DNA from: Planctomycetales bacterium
GTDB lineage: Bacteria > 4484-113
Assembly (NCBI GenBank): GCA_037441675.1
Contig: JBBIRS010000001.1
Coordinates: 128,001-192,000, forward strand
DNA: 64,000 bases
Direction: 5' to 3'
This document shows positions 48,297 through 58,118 of this stretch, piece by piece. Every line of letters starts with the position of its first letter. The first letter of the stretch is position 1. The position numbers and the translations under genes were made by a program. The notes under the pieces were generated by a model. It had not been told where the DNA came from. It ran no database searches and was given only the letters and a program-made list of their open reading frames with translations.

Positions 48297-49152
48297 CCTC
48301 CTTTCGTAAGAGCCTGACCTGAAGCAGTGTGGCTCCTAGAATTATTGCGAATAAGAAAAGCGCCTGCGCACTCGCATAGCCCAAATGGAACCTTTCAAAT
48401 GCGTTTCTAAAGATATGGTACACAACGACATCAGTTGAACGTAAGGGTCCGCCTTCCGTCATTGTGTAAACAGAGGTAAAAACTTGAAAACTGCCGATAA
48501 CACCAGTTACAGCTAAAAAGGCTGTTGTTGGCTTTAATAGCGGAAAAGTGATATACCAAAATCGTTGCCACGGATTAATCCCCTCAATTTCTGCTGCCTC
48601 GTAAATCTCATTAGGTATTGTAGATAGTCCCGCCAGATAGATTACCACCTGATACCCAAGCCCTTTCCAGATAGTCATTAACATCAACGCAAAAAGCGCA
48701 AACCTGGGATCTCCAAGCCAATTAGGACCTTTCACCCCAAACAGTCTAAGTCCGTAATTCAAGAGCCCAAATTCAGGATGATAAATCCATGAAAATACCA
48801 TAGCAACCGCTACAGTACTCGTGACTACTGGTAGAAAATAGACTGTCCGAAATAGATGAGTAGCGATTGCTGGTCTTGCCATAATTGATGCCAGAGCTAG
48901 AGAAATCACTAAACTGATCGGAACAGTCCCAAGGGTAAAGATAAGCGAGTTTTTCAAAGCGTTAAAGAATGCAGTATCCTGAGTAAGGCGAAGAAAGTTT
49001 GTAAAGCCAATAAAATCAGCCTTTCCGCCAAGAAGTTCCCATTTGAAGAGGCTCATATAGGAGACAAAAAAGATAGGCCATACGGCAAAGATTAAAAGAT
49101 GAGCAAAAGCGGGCAAAACGAAAAGGTATCCCCAAGTTCTCTCAGCCTTCAT
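48277..49152 (-). CDS. Carbohydrate ABC permease (MalF-like)
   Basis: FIGFTNF, FRTVYFLP, YEAAEIEG, ITFPLLKP, GYASA. Confidence 0.94.
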   Translation of the reverse strand: MKAERTWGYLFVLPAFAHLLIFAVWPIFFVSYMSLFKWELLGGKADFIGFTNFLRLTQDTAFFNALKNSLIFTLGTVPISLVISLALASIMARPAIATHLFRTVYFLPVVTSTVAVAMVFSWIYHPEFGLLNYGLRLFGVKGPNWLGDPRFALFALMLMTIWKGLGYQVVIYLAGLSTIPNEIYEAAEIEGINPWQRFWYITFPLLKPTTAFLAVTGVIGSFQVFTSVYTMTEGGPLRSTDVVVYHIFRNAFERFHLGYASAQALFLFAIILGATLLQVRLLRKEVAQLAC

Positions 49153-50246
49153 AATGTTTCCGTCAAGAGCCTCCTTCCAGTCTGCTCTTCAAATAAATGA
49201 ACCGTTCCCCTTTCAGCGGAGACAAATACAATCTCGTCAATATTCGGCTTTCTGCCTCCAGTGGAAATTACCCTTAACGTAACTTCGTTGTGTTTTAGAT
49301 GAACAACCTCCTCCCTTCCCAGCTCCTCAACAAGTACGACTCTACCTCCTAAGATTTTGTCCTCATATTCACTCACGATTCTAAGGTGTTCAGGTCTTAT
49401 GCCTATTACAACTCTTTTTGGAAGTGAGGGTGGTAATTGCCTATCCTTAATATTCAATCGCCATTCGTATCCATTACCGCGAAGAATTAGCTCATCATTA
49501 GCAACATCCACGTTTGCAGGTAGAGTGTTCATAGCTGGACTTCCAATGAAGCAAGCGGTAAATAGATTCTCAGGTTTCCAGTAAAGCTCTTTAGGTTCAC
49601 CAACTTGCATCAGCTTGCCTTTATCCATTACCGCAATTCTATTCCCCATTGTCATCGCTTCAACCTGATCGTGTGTGACATAGACAGTCGTGATAGGGAA
49701 TCTGTTGTGTATTTCGCAAATTTCAGCGCGCATAGCGACTCTAAGCGCCGGGTCTAAATTGGAGAGTGGCTCATCAAGTAAAAATGCGGTAGGTTCTCGC
49801 ATAAGCGCACGTCCAAGGGCAACTCTTTGTTTCTGCCCACCTGACAATTCTCGTGGGTATCTGTTAAGTAAATCGTCAATCCTAAGAATCTGGGCTATTT
49901 CTCTTACTTTTTTGTCTCTAATGCGTTTGGGCACTCTTCTTAATCTCATTCCAAAGGAAAGGTTACCTTCCACAGTCATATGTGGGAAGAGAGCATAATT
50001 CTGAAATACCATCGCCATATTTCTCTGTCCGGCTGGAAGTTGAGAAATTTCAGTGCCATCCACAATAATCTTCCCCGAACTTAACTCGGTAAGCCCCGCA
50101 AGTAGCCTTAGTATCGTTGTCTTTCCACAACCGCTCGGACCCACTAGCACTATGAATTCTCCACCATTTACTTTTAAGCTAAAATCTTCAACCGCAGTGA
50201 TTTTGCCGTAGTATTTAGAAATGTTGTGGAGTTCTATTACCGCCAT
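49149..50246 (-). CDS. Sugar ABC ATPase (MalK/MsmX-like)
   Basis: GPSGCGKT, VFQNYALFPHMTV, LSGGQKQR, YVTHDQVEAMT, GIRPEH. Confidence 0.95.
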   Translation of the reverse strand: MAVIELHNISKYYGKITAVEDFSLKVNGGEFIVLVGPSGCGKTTILRLLAGLTELSSGKIIVDGTEISQLPAGQRNMAMVFQNYALFPHMTVEGNLSFGMRLRRVPKRIRDKKVREIAQILRIDDLLNRYPRELSGGQKQRVALGRALMREPTAFLLDEPLSNLDPALRVAMRAEICEIHNRFPITTVYVTHDQVEAMTMGNRIAVMDKGKLMQVGEPKELYWKPENLFTACFIGSPAMNTLPANVDVANDELILRGNGYEWRLNIKDRQLPPSLPKRVVIGIRPEHLRIVSEYEDKILGGRVVLVEELGREEVVHLKHNEVTLRVISTGGRKPNIDEIVFVSAERGTVHLFEEQTGRRLLTETL

Positions 50247-50484
50247 TTTTCCGCACCGTAGAACTAGCTTATTATACTGACTGTGAAATCTACAATTTTT
50301 TAGTGATAATTATTATTTGAATTCTGTTCTACCAAAGCATCCGCTAATAATCTAGCGATTCTATCTCTTCTAAATTTCCCACAAATGAAGCAAAATGCCC
50401 CTCTATTTCATTATTGAATTTGATATCATTCGCAAACTTCTCTTAACGTTGTTCGTGAGTTCCTATGCTATAATTTCCTAGCCT

Positions 50485-52200
50485 ATGTTCCAGTCGTTTA
50501 ATCGCTATCTATATTTGCCAATAACACTCGCAGTTAGTTTTCTGCTTCTATTGATTCAAGCTAATTGTGGAGGAAAGGAAGTACTACGTCCAACTTCTGA
50601 GCAAGGGGAAAAATTTCAGTTTGAGCAGGCTTATCCAGGCTCTTCCTATAACCCTTTCCAACCAGTAAAGAAAGTGAATGAATTAACACCTCAACTCTTG
50701 TCTAGTTTTCCTAGACTTGAGTTTGGTGAATTCAAATTGATAATCGTTGATGAAGAACACAATCCACTCGAAATATCCCAAGCGTCTTCTCCTTTCACTC
50801 TTAGAAGAGTCACCCCTTTAGAAGCTGAAATTGCCCTTCAGTCGGAGTGGTCTGGTAGCATCTTTATGTATCTTCTTTATCCGGGGGAAGAGTATTTTGC
50901 AACGGAGGTAACACCCTCTCCGCTCTTTAATGCAGATAGCGGATTTCTCTTCTTCTCCGCCTCAAATGTTTCAGGGGTTGTTGCTATTTCTGTTTTGCCA
51001 ATTAATGGCTCTGGCAATAATACCATTCCTCCATGTATTTTGGCACGGGTCAAATTTTCTACTGAGCCAAGAAGATTCGTTTCCCTCGCAGCTTCCAAGG
51101 CAATGAACAGTGTTTCCGACCTTACCGCAAGTATAAATTCCGATGGAACGGTGCTTGTTGCATGGACGGAGCTCCACCCCGGAGATTACAACAACGACGG
51201 AATAGTCAACATATCGGACGTAAAACCTCTTGCGGATCTTTTCCGCCAGAAAATTGCTACTGCACCTAATCCTGGGCGTGTTGACCTTGTTGATGGCACG
51301 AGGGACGGGGAAATTAACATTAACGATGTTAAACCACTGGCGGACAATTTCTTTACTCTTATCAGCGGTTACAATGTTTATCGGACAGCTATTTCCTCGC
51401 CCGATGAAGAGCCTGATCCCCTTGACAGTACTCGTTGGACACGTATCCTGAGAGAGGGAGCGGACCCGCCCGATGCTCCACCATCTGTCGTTCGCCAGTT
51501 TAACAATCAGGATTTTCGTCTTCCTTACACTTTGAGTGATGCTCCGACTGAGCCCGGTTTTTATGCGTATTTTATTCGCCCGTTTAGCAAATTGCAGGAT
51601 AACCCCAACGAAGGTGCAATTTCAGTCGTAGCGAAAACTTCTCAACCCGCTGGACAGCCTCGCCTCCTTCTTACAGTCGCTAACTCAGAGGGTAGGGGTG
51701 ATCCTCCTATTTTCTCAGTTGGCGAAGATATCATTCTTCAAGTTTACCTTGAAAATGCCTTTGATCTATTTTCTGCCAACGTGCGTTTCCTCTACCGTGG
51801 TGATGTGTTGCAACTCTTGGAGGATGTGGATAACAAACCTAGCCCTTCTGTCAATGGTTATGAGCCTAACTTGCTTTTTGACAACAACTTTGGTGGCGAT
51901 CCACTCTTTCTAGGGCTAGACGTAGGTGATGCTTCAGCGGACGGTTACCCGAATTATCGTTGGAGCGCAATGAACGCGACAAAGCGTAAACCTGCAGAAA
52001 CAGCTTTTGGCTCTGGCGCGCTTGGTTACTTCAGATTCAGGGTTATCGCTGGTGGTCCTGAGCAGTTGACTAGATTTGATAACGCCTTTCGCTTTCCTCA
52101 AAGCTCTGTTTTTATCTACCTTATGGGAGAGAACTATGGCGATTTTCTCCCAGCCCCAAGCATTTCAGATACCGAAAGCATTGTGATATCAACATTGTAG
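50485..52200 (+). CDS. Lipoprotein with FN3/dockerin-like module and C-terminal cohesin-like domain
   Basis: Lipobox-like QANC; GDYNNDGIVNISDVKPLA and DGTRDGEININDVKPLA; C-terminal VGEDIILQVYLENAFDLFSANVRFLY...GSGALGYFRFRV. Confidence 0.72.
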   Translation: MFQSFNRYLYLPITLAVSFLLLLIQANCGGKEVLRPTSEQGEKFQFEQAYPGSSYNPFQPVKKVNELTPQLLSSFPRLEFGEFKLIIVDEEHNPLEISQASSPFTLRRVTPLEAEIALQSEWSGSIFMYLLYPGEEYFATEVTPSPLFNADSGFLFFSASNVSGVVAISVLPINGSGNNTIPPCILARVKFSTEPRRFVSLAASKAMNSVSDLTASINSDGTVLVAWTELHPGDYNNDGIVNISDVKPLADLFRQKIATAPNPGRVDLVDGTRDGEININDVKPLADNFFTLISGYNVYRTAISSPDEEPDPLDSTRWTRILREGADPPDAPPSVVRQFNNQDFRLPYTLSDAPTEPGFYAYFIRPFSKLQDNPNEGAISVVAKTSQPAGQPRLLLTVANSEGRGDPPIFSVGEDIILQVYLENAFDLFSANVRFLYRGDVLQLLEDVDNKPSPSVNGYEPNLLFDNNFGGDPLFLGLDVGDASADGYPNYRWSAMNATKRKPAETAFGSGALGYFRFRVIAGGPEQLTRFDNAFRFPQSSVFIYLMGENYGDFLPAPSISDTESIVISTL

Positions 52201-52256
52201 TCCTAACTTCCATTCTATCTATCAATCATCCCTTCTACTTAGGGTTTTCTTGCCAA

Positions 52257-53183
52257 TTATGGACTGCTACCGTAATTTGTTGCTAGATGTCTTTTAGTGT
52301 GGCAGTTTACCGTGCAGTTTCCGCCCCGCTCAGAGTAGCTTTGATAAGAGACATACTCACCAGATAGGGTATAAAACCTGATTTGGTGTTTCCGCGCACC
52401 ACCGTGTGGATTATGGCACTCAACACAACCGATCCTTCCCCCTTCAATGTGCACTTGGTGTAGATTCATACTTTCATTAATCTTGAATCCGCTAATATCT
52501 GTGTAAAGCTCAATCAAACTGTGGCATTTTAGGCAAAGCTCATTGGTTTGAAGCGAATCAGGTGTGCCTAGCCAATCTGGTGGTAGCATCTCAGTTGTAA
52601 TAAGCGCTTTCATCTCTTGATGTGGATGGTGGCAACCTATACAGCTAACCCCTCTCCTTCCTGCTCTATGTCCATCAGAAAAAACAAAGTCACGCTCAAT
52701 ATCTCTATGGCATTCAAAACAGAAGTCTGCACGATAATCTTGTCCCTCCAAGGCTTCTTCCGAAAGAGTCGCAGATGGCATTTTATGGCAAGAGAGGCAC
52801 TCCATGTGTTCACCTACCGAGCGTACTTTGTGAGTTAGGGCAGTTAAAGGCTTAAGGTAAACAGATTGGTTGTGGCAATCCTGACAGAGTATCCGTGAAA
52901 TCTGCGTTCGTTGTTTGAAACGAATTTCTTGTCTCCAGCCCGCCCTGATCTCGGTTATCCCAGGTAATCGGCTGGTAAATGTCCCGTGACACTCAAGGCA
53001 GTCAGCAGAATTTAATCCTTGAGAATGGGCAGGCGCATCTTTGTTTGACTTTATGTCTTCTCTATCTCTCTCCTCCTCTGTGAAAGCTCCTCCAGAACGC
53101 GCAGTTACAGTTAACCCCTGGTGAGATAGATAGTAAATAGTTGAAATAAATGCTACAACGATGAATATTAGAGATATGCGCAT
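52257..53183 (-). CDS. Multiheme c-type cytochrome (7 CxxCH plus 1 CxxxCH)
   Basis: CLECH, CQDCH, CLSCH, CFECH, CIGCH, CLKCH, CVECH, CTVNCH; N-terminal hydrophobic signal or anchor. Confidence 0.9.
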   Translation of the reverse strand: MRISLIFIVVAFISTIYYLSHQGLTVTARSGGAFTEEERDREDIKSNKDAPAHSQGLNSADCLECHGTFTSRLPGITEIRAGWRQEIRFKQRTQISRILCQDCHNQSVYLKPLTALTHKVRSVGEHMECLSCHKMPSATLSEEALEGQDYRADFCFECHRDIERDFVFSDGHRAGRRGVSCIGCHHPHQEMKALITTEMLPPDWLGTPDSLQTNELCLKCHSLIELYTDISGFKINESMNLHQVHIEGGRIGCVECHNPHGGARKHQIRFYTLSGEYVSYQSYSERGGNCTVNCHTKRHLATNYGSSP

Positions 53184-53186
53184 TTT

Positions 53187-54593
53187 TCATTGCTTGATAA
53201 TAGAGAATACTTTGAACTTCTTTGATTTTTTAGGATTAACTTGATTATTGTTAGTATTATTTTCTGGGTGGAGGCTTTCCATCTCTTCTTCCGTTTCGGT
53301 TTCCGGCGCGGATACACTTGAGACCTCCAGCGCGACAATTGGATGAAAGTCATAGCCAATAGGCAACATTTCCCAAGGTTTTTCAATAGCAGGTGGTCGC
53401 ACCATCCTTTCAGATGTAGTAGGCTGGGGAAAGCCTTCATTATAGTTGCCACTACCCTCTGCATCTTCCATCACCGCCTCCGAAGAATCACCTGAGCCTT
53501 CCCGTTCATTCTCTATAAGCTCAGTTGGAGTTTGGCTCTCACTCCCATTCATAGAAGAAACTTTCTCCCTCGTGAAAACACCGCTAGTTCCCTTTTCGCC
53601 TACTTGTGATTGCCCACTCTCTTGCGGCGCCGAGGCGCCGTTGATTTGCGCGCCTTCTTCCGTTTCCTTCACTTCCCCCTGCTTTTCTACACCTTCTTCC
53701 TTTGGAGCTTCTACTCGTACAGGATGAATGTTGGGAGTTATCGCAACGCCATAAAAAAAGCCCTGGGAATTCTTGTCAGAAAAACTATCATTTACCACAG
53801 TGTAACCCGCGTAACCGCTAAAAGTATCTGATAACACTAGCCTTAACCCGGCGTCAAACCGAGTTACCCTCCCTGTATCAAATGTCGGCTTTCTAATGCT
53901 AATTACGTCAATCAAGCCATTTGCGAAAAGCAAAAGCTTCCCATCTTTACCAATCTGAAAGAGGTTGTAGTCTCCACCAACGCCAATGGAAGTTGTATTT
54001 CCTCTCCTGAAATCAGAAGTAAAATGGGAAAGAGAAAACAAAGTATGCGCTCTCAGTTCTGGTAAAAAGTCGGTGCTATATAGAAGAAATCCGTAAATTG
54101 TGTTCAAAGTTGTATCAACAGTATCAGATTCAATTCCCAAGTTGCCAAATCCAATGCCAGCGGAGAAGGCGCTTCCTGGCTGAAATTGAGGGACTTCTGG
54201 TGTTGGATAAACTGCATGCACCTCGTCTAGTTCGATCTTAAATTCAAGCCCCCATCCGTCCGCGGACGTGAGATTGTTAAATATGGGGTTAAAAAGAATA
54301 GTTCCGCCAGAAAGTTCATTCTTCAAAAGTCTAGCTCTCACCGCAAGCCTTTCATTTACCGCATATCCGAAGTTGAAGTAAGAAGCCACATCCCTTCCAG
54401 TCTTAATTGCGCTGGTTTCTTCAAACGCATCCTGCCCATACTCAAGGATAAGTGTTCCTTCCTCGCCAACGCTCGCCTCATCAATCCTTGACGTCCTAAC
54501 CGCTGATGCTACTTCAGGGTAAAGCGCTATTCCAATGAGTAAAAAATTCGTGGTTACAGCGATTTGTATCAAGAGTTTAACGCATTTGAGCAT
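53187..54593 (-). CDS. Putative outer-membrane beta-barrel protein with acidic low-complexity tail
   Basis: Signal peptide ending ASA-V; amphipathic strands (FNFGYAV, WGLEFKI, IGVGGDY, FDAGLRL, GYAGYTV, FFYGVAI); E/S/G-rich tail; start taken at ATG 54593. Confidence 0.6.
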   Translation of the reverse strand: MLKCVKLLIQIAVTTNFLLIGIALYPEVASAVRTSRIDEASVGEEGTLILEYGQDAFEETSAIKTGRDVASYFNFGYAVNERLAVRARLLKNELSGGTILFNPIFNNLTSADGWGLEFKIELDEVHAVYPTPEVPQFQPGSAFSAGIGFGNLGIESDTVDTTLNTIYGFLLYSTDFLPELRAHTLFSLSHFTSDFRRGNTTSIGVGGDYNLFQIGKDGKLLLFANGLIDVISIRKPTFDTGRVTRFDAGLRLVLSDTFSGYAGYTVVNDSFSDKNSQGFFYGVAITPNIHPVRVEAPKEEGVEKQGEVKETEEGAQINGASAPQESGQSQVGEKGTSGVFTREKVSSMNGSESQTPTELIENEREGSGDSSEAVMEDAEGSGNYNEGFPQPTTSERMVRPPAIEKPWEMLPIGYDFHPIVALEVSSVSAPETETEEEMESLHPENNTNNNQVNPKKSKKFKVFSIIKQ

Positions 54594-54618
54594 TCGTTTC
54601 TGCCTCGTTAAAAGCTGA

Positions 54619-55389
54619 TTATAACATAGGAAATTTATAAACGGCCGCGATGCCAAGCGCAATCAAGATAAAAGTGTGAAGAAAAACTAACTCCCAAAAG
54701 CTCCTTCTAAGCAAGTAATAAAACCCAAGAAAAATCCCCAGTACACTTCCACTAATCGTAACCATAGTGCCAAAGTCTGCAAAGCTCATACCAAATGCTA
54801 CCGAGGAGATTATCAACAAAAAGCTAGAAAGCAATGGGTTGTTCGTTCTAATCCCTCCACCTAGAAGGACTGCACGGAAAAATTCGCATGGGTAACCCCA
54901 TGTCAACAAAGCGAGGGGAAAGCTGAATAGATAAAGGTTCAATGGCTTTTGCAGAAAGGCGCTCGCCTGTTCAACCACATCAACCGAGAGTATGCTAAAT
55001 CCAAAATACTTAAGTATGGCAAACCAACCTAGCCCTAACGATGATGCTACCGCGAGCGAAATTAACCAACCCATAAATGCTGAGAATAAAGAATGTCTGT
55101 GATAGGTTAAGGGGAAAAGATAGACCTTGAATAAAGAAAGAATAAATACCGGAACACCCACAAACATCGCGAAATTGATAATAAACCTGCTAATAGAGAA
55201 CGATAGAAAGCTTTCAACACCCGCGCTATTATCGGTGAGATTAAATAATTCCGCATAAAACCCTATCAAAAGGTTAATTCCGACGTAGTATAAGAGGAGT
55301 ACAAAATATCCAATAGGAAGATTTAACACCGCTCCCCTTCTTTGCGAGGGAGGTTCATTTAGTTCCACCAACCTGCGTGGTGGGTTCAT
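54619..55389 (-). CDS. CPBP/Abi-like membrane protein, catalytically degenerate
   Basis: Collinear with the neighbouring CPBP gene, but has YPCEFFRA (not EE) and FGMSF (no His). Confidence 0.65.
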   Translation of the reverse strand: MNPPRRLVELNEPPSQRRGAVLNLPIGYFVLLLYYVGINLLIGFYAELFNLTDNSAGVESFLSFSISRFIINFAMFVGVPVFILSLFKVYLFPLTYHRHSLFSAFMGWLISLAVASSLGLGWFAILKYFGFSILSVDVVEQASAFLQKPLNLYLFSFPLALLTWGYPCEFFRAVLLGGGIRTNNPLLSSFLLIISSVAFGMSFADFGTMVTISGSVLGIFLGFYYLLRRSFWELVFLHTFILIALGIAAVYKFPML

Positions 55390-55486
55390 AGTGAAATTAT
55401 ATCAATTAGCCTTGCGCATTAACATTTCAAGTTGGTTCACAACTCTATCGAGGTAAAAATGGCACTAGCGATTACACGTTTTATGT

Positions 55487-56209
55487 TCAAATACCAAAGG
55501 AGTTTAGTATAACCGCAGAAGTGTTATAAAGTGTATGTAGCCAAATGTTCTCCCAAAGGCTTTTCCTTCTCAGGTAGTAATAGCCAAGAAAGATACCAAC
55601 GGGGAAAATTTGCATTACCGCAGAAATCCCCTGATATATATGCCCTAATGAGAAGGCTAGCGAAGAGATAAACAAAGCATAGGTGGAGAAAGCTGTGCCA
55701 TTCATCCGTGAAGGCAGAGAAAGAATATAAGCTCTAAATACCTCTTCTGGTATGCCTGCGGCAAGGAGCATAAATAATGGAACTACAAACAATAGCCTAA
55801 AGGGAGTATCAAAGTACTCCACAAGTGTTGCTATTAAAGGGTCAATTTCTTCTCTACCAATTAATTGAGTAGAAAGAATGCCCATAAGCAATGCAATTCC
55901 AATCAGAGCAATTACTCCTATAGCTACTGATAATAAAGAGTTTAGAAACGGATGCTTGCGAAATGTCAATCGGAGCAGTCGGCGATGGAAACTAAACTGA
56001 GTGATTAGGGTAAGCCCAACAAAAAGCGCAAGGTTTAGAATTATTGTCAATACAAGAAGGCTAGGCACCATTTCAAGGCTTATTCCTGCATCATTATTTC
56101 TTGGCAGGAAACTCAAAAATCCTAGCCCTGTATAAACTAGAGTGTAAAGAATAAGTGCTGTAATAAATTCCAATAGCAAAAATGGAGATTGTCCGCTCTT
56201 CATATTCAA
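55487..56209 (-). CDS. CPBP (CAAX/Abi) family intramembrane metalloprotease
   Basis: PEEVFRA, FSLGHIYQG, HTLYN motifs; multiple TMs. Confidence 0.9.
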   Translation of the reverse strand: MNMKSGQSPFLLLEFITALILYTLVYTGLGFLSFLPRNNDAGISLEMVPSLLVLTIILNLALFVGLTLITQFSFHRRLLRLTFRKHPFLNSLLSVAIGVIALIGIALLMGILSTQLIGREEIDPLIATLVEYFDTPFRLLFVVPLFMLLAAGIPEEVFRAYILSLPSRMNGTAFSTYALFISSLAFSLGHIYQGISAVMQIFPVGIFLGYYYLRRKSLWENIWLHTLYNTSAVILNSFGI

Positions 56210-56229
56210 AGTTTGATGTCCTTCTCCAA

Positions 56230-56982
56230 TTAAGATTCTACCTTCATAAGCACTTTCCTAGGTGGTGGCTTAAGCTGAATAGGTATCTTCTTGATAACTT
56301 CAATGAACTTCGGTGTCACCTTGCATTTAACTGCCAAGAAACTCACCCCACTTTTCTTAGCTCTCTTCATGAATTCCAAATATTTTCTATGCACAAAATC
56401 CGCAATTCTAAGTTCCTTTGCGTCCTCCCGCTGAATAACGAAAATCATCATTGCTTTATTTCCCTTACTCTTCGTGTAAATTAGATTCTGAAGATGCTTT
56501 AGCCCTCTTGAAGTAGGTGCATCTGGGAAAAGGGCGTGACCATCAATTACCCAAGTTACCGACTTCACTTCAACGATCATCTTTTCACCCCGAGCATTCT
56601 CTAACATTAAGTCCAGCCGTGAATCTAGAGTCTTAATCTCATGTTTTGCATACTTCCAACCCTTAAGTCCCGGAATATCTGCATTTTGCGCCATCAACCT
56701 TATAAGCTTATTAGGCACGCTCGTATCAATGCATCCAAGAACACCCTCGGAGTTCTCAATAAGCGTCAGCATCCATCTCGTCTTCCGCTTTTCCGGATGC
56801 ATCGCAGGCGCCAGAAAACATCTTCTACCATAAACCAAAAGCTCATGTAACCTTCCAGTATGTGGAATATGCGCAAGCTCCCTCACTCCACTAATTTCAA
56901 CCTCCGCAAGGAAGCGATTCAAGCGAGCAATGAAGACCGCTTCCCTCAGCGAAGCTGGGAAATGGTAAACTCCACGCGCCAC
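56230..56982 (-). CDS. sfsA: Sugar fermentation stimulation protein SfsA
   Basis: RLNRF, HIPHTGRL.EL, SRLDL, VEVKSVT, FPDAPTSRG.KHL, FVIQR. Confidence 0.94.
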   Translation of the reverse strand: MARGVYHFPASLREAVFIARLNRFLAEVEISGVRELAHIPHTGRLHELLVYGRRCFLAPAMHPEKRKTRWMLTLIENSEGVLGCIDTSVPNKLIRLMAQNADIPGLKGWKYAKHEIKTLDSRLDLMLENARGEKMIVEVKSVTWVIDGHALFPDAPTSRGLKHLQNLIYTKSKGNKAMMIFVIQREDAKELRIADFVHRKYLEFMKRAKKSGVSFLAVKCKVTPKFIEVIKKIPIQLKPPPRKVLMKVES

Positions 56983-57080
56983 ATCCCCAGTATAGCAGTA
57001 GTGCTTTATGCTTGTTGAACTAAAGTAGAAAGCCTTCTCTCAATGTTGAAGGTTAAAAGATGTAGCCTAAAAACAGCTTC

Positions 57081-57992
57081 TTACCACCCCCGCTTCGCCA
57101 GTCGTTCTTCCTCTGCCATTGTCGCCACGTCAAGTCCGCGCATTGGTTCGCCCAAGCCTTTGCTAATTTCCGCAAGCTTCTTTGGGTCGTTAAAGTAAAC
57201 GACCGCTTCAACTATTGCCTTTGCTCGCCTTTCAGGATCTTCACTCTTGAATATCCCGCTTCCCACAAAGACGCTCTCCGCTCCAAGTTGCATCATCAGC
57301 GCTGCATCCGCAGGTGTCGCAATTCCGCCAGCCGCAAAATTCGGCACTGGCAGTTTCCCATTTTCAGCCACCCACTTCACCCATTCAAGGGGAGCATTCA
57401 GTTCCTTTGCCTTTGCTGGTAGGTCCCTTTCATCGCAGGTGCTAAGCATCTTTATCCCGGTCATCACTCTTCTCATATGCCTTACCGCTTCAACGATATT
57501 GCCAGTTCCCGCTTCTCCCTTTGTCCTAATCATCGCGGCTCCTTCCGCGATTCGCCTCAGAGCCTCACCCAAATCCCTGCATCCGCACACGAACGGAACT
57601 TTGAATTCATGCTTCCAAATATGATTCTCCTCATCCGCAGGAGTAAGGACTTCACTTTCATCAATAAAATCCACTTCGAGTGCCTCAAGTATCTGAGCCT
57701 CTGCGAAGTGGCCAATTCTGCATTTTGCCATAACTGGAATGCTTACCGCTTCCTTAATGGTGAGAATTACTTCAGGATCAGCCATTCTGGCAACTCCGCC
57801 TTCTCGCCTAATATCTGCAGGAACTCTCTCAAGTGCCATCACCGCGCAAGCGCCTGCGTCTTCCGCGATCTTTGCCTGCTCTGCGCTGGTGACGTCCATT
57901 ATTACTCCGCCTTTAAGCATCTCTGCAAGGCCAACCTTCACTCGCCAAGTTCCGAGCTCCATATTTTCCTTTCCGTAGTTTCCGCCTTGCAT
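57081..57992 (-). CDS. pdxS: Pyridoxal 5'-phosphate synthase lyase subunit
   Basis: [49 protein letters not shown] 57992 has an SD (GGAGG). Confidence 0.97.
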   Translation of the reverse strand: MQGGNYGKENMELGTWRVKVGLAEMLKGGVIMDVTSAEQAKIAEDAGACAVMALERVPADIRREGGVARMADPEVILTIKEAVSIPVMAKCRIGHFAEAQILEALEVDFIDESEVLTPADEENHIWKHEFKVPFVCGCRDLGEALRRIAEGAAMIRTKGEAGTGNIVEAVRHMRRVMTGIKMLSTCDERDLPAKAKELNAPLEWVKWVAENGKLPVPNFAAGGIATPADAALMMQLGAESVFVGSGIFKSEDPERRAKAIVEAVVYFNDPKKLAEISKGLGEPMRGLDVATMAEEERLAKRGW

Positions 57993-58118
57993 ATCACTTC
58001 CTCCTAACACCTTATATTTTACTACCAATGCCCTGATATGTGATTGCTTCACATTATTACCGCTATCCACAATGAACACTGGCTTTTCTCAATCGGATAC
58101 TGTGATAAACTTCTCCTC

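Noticed and set aside
35036..50484. Genomic island integrated at tRNA-Gln
   Set aside because: No integrase, and no duplicated tRNA 3' end seen at the far side of the sugar operon.
57081..57992. pdxS without pdxT, and gyrA without adjacent gyrB
   Set aside because: Split arrangements are common, and the partners may lie outside the window.
57247..58007. Long antisense ORFs (here, and within dnaE, gyrA, tamB and others)
   Set aside because: They are shadows of well-supported genes on the opposite strand, with no motifs.
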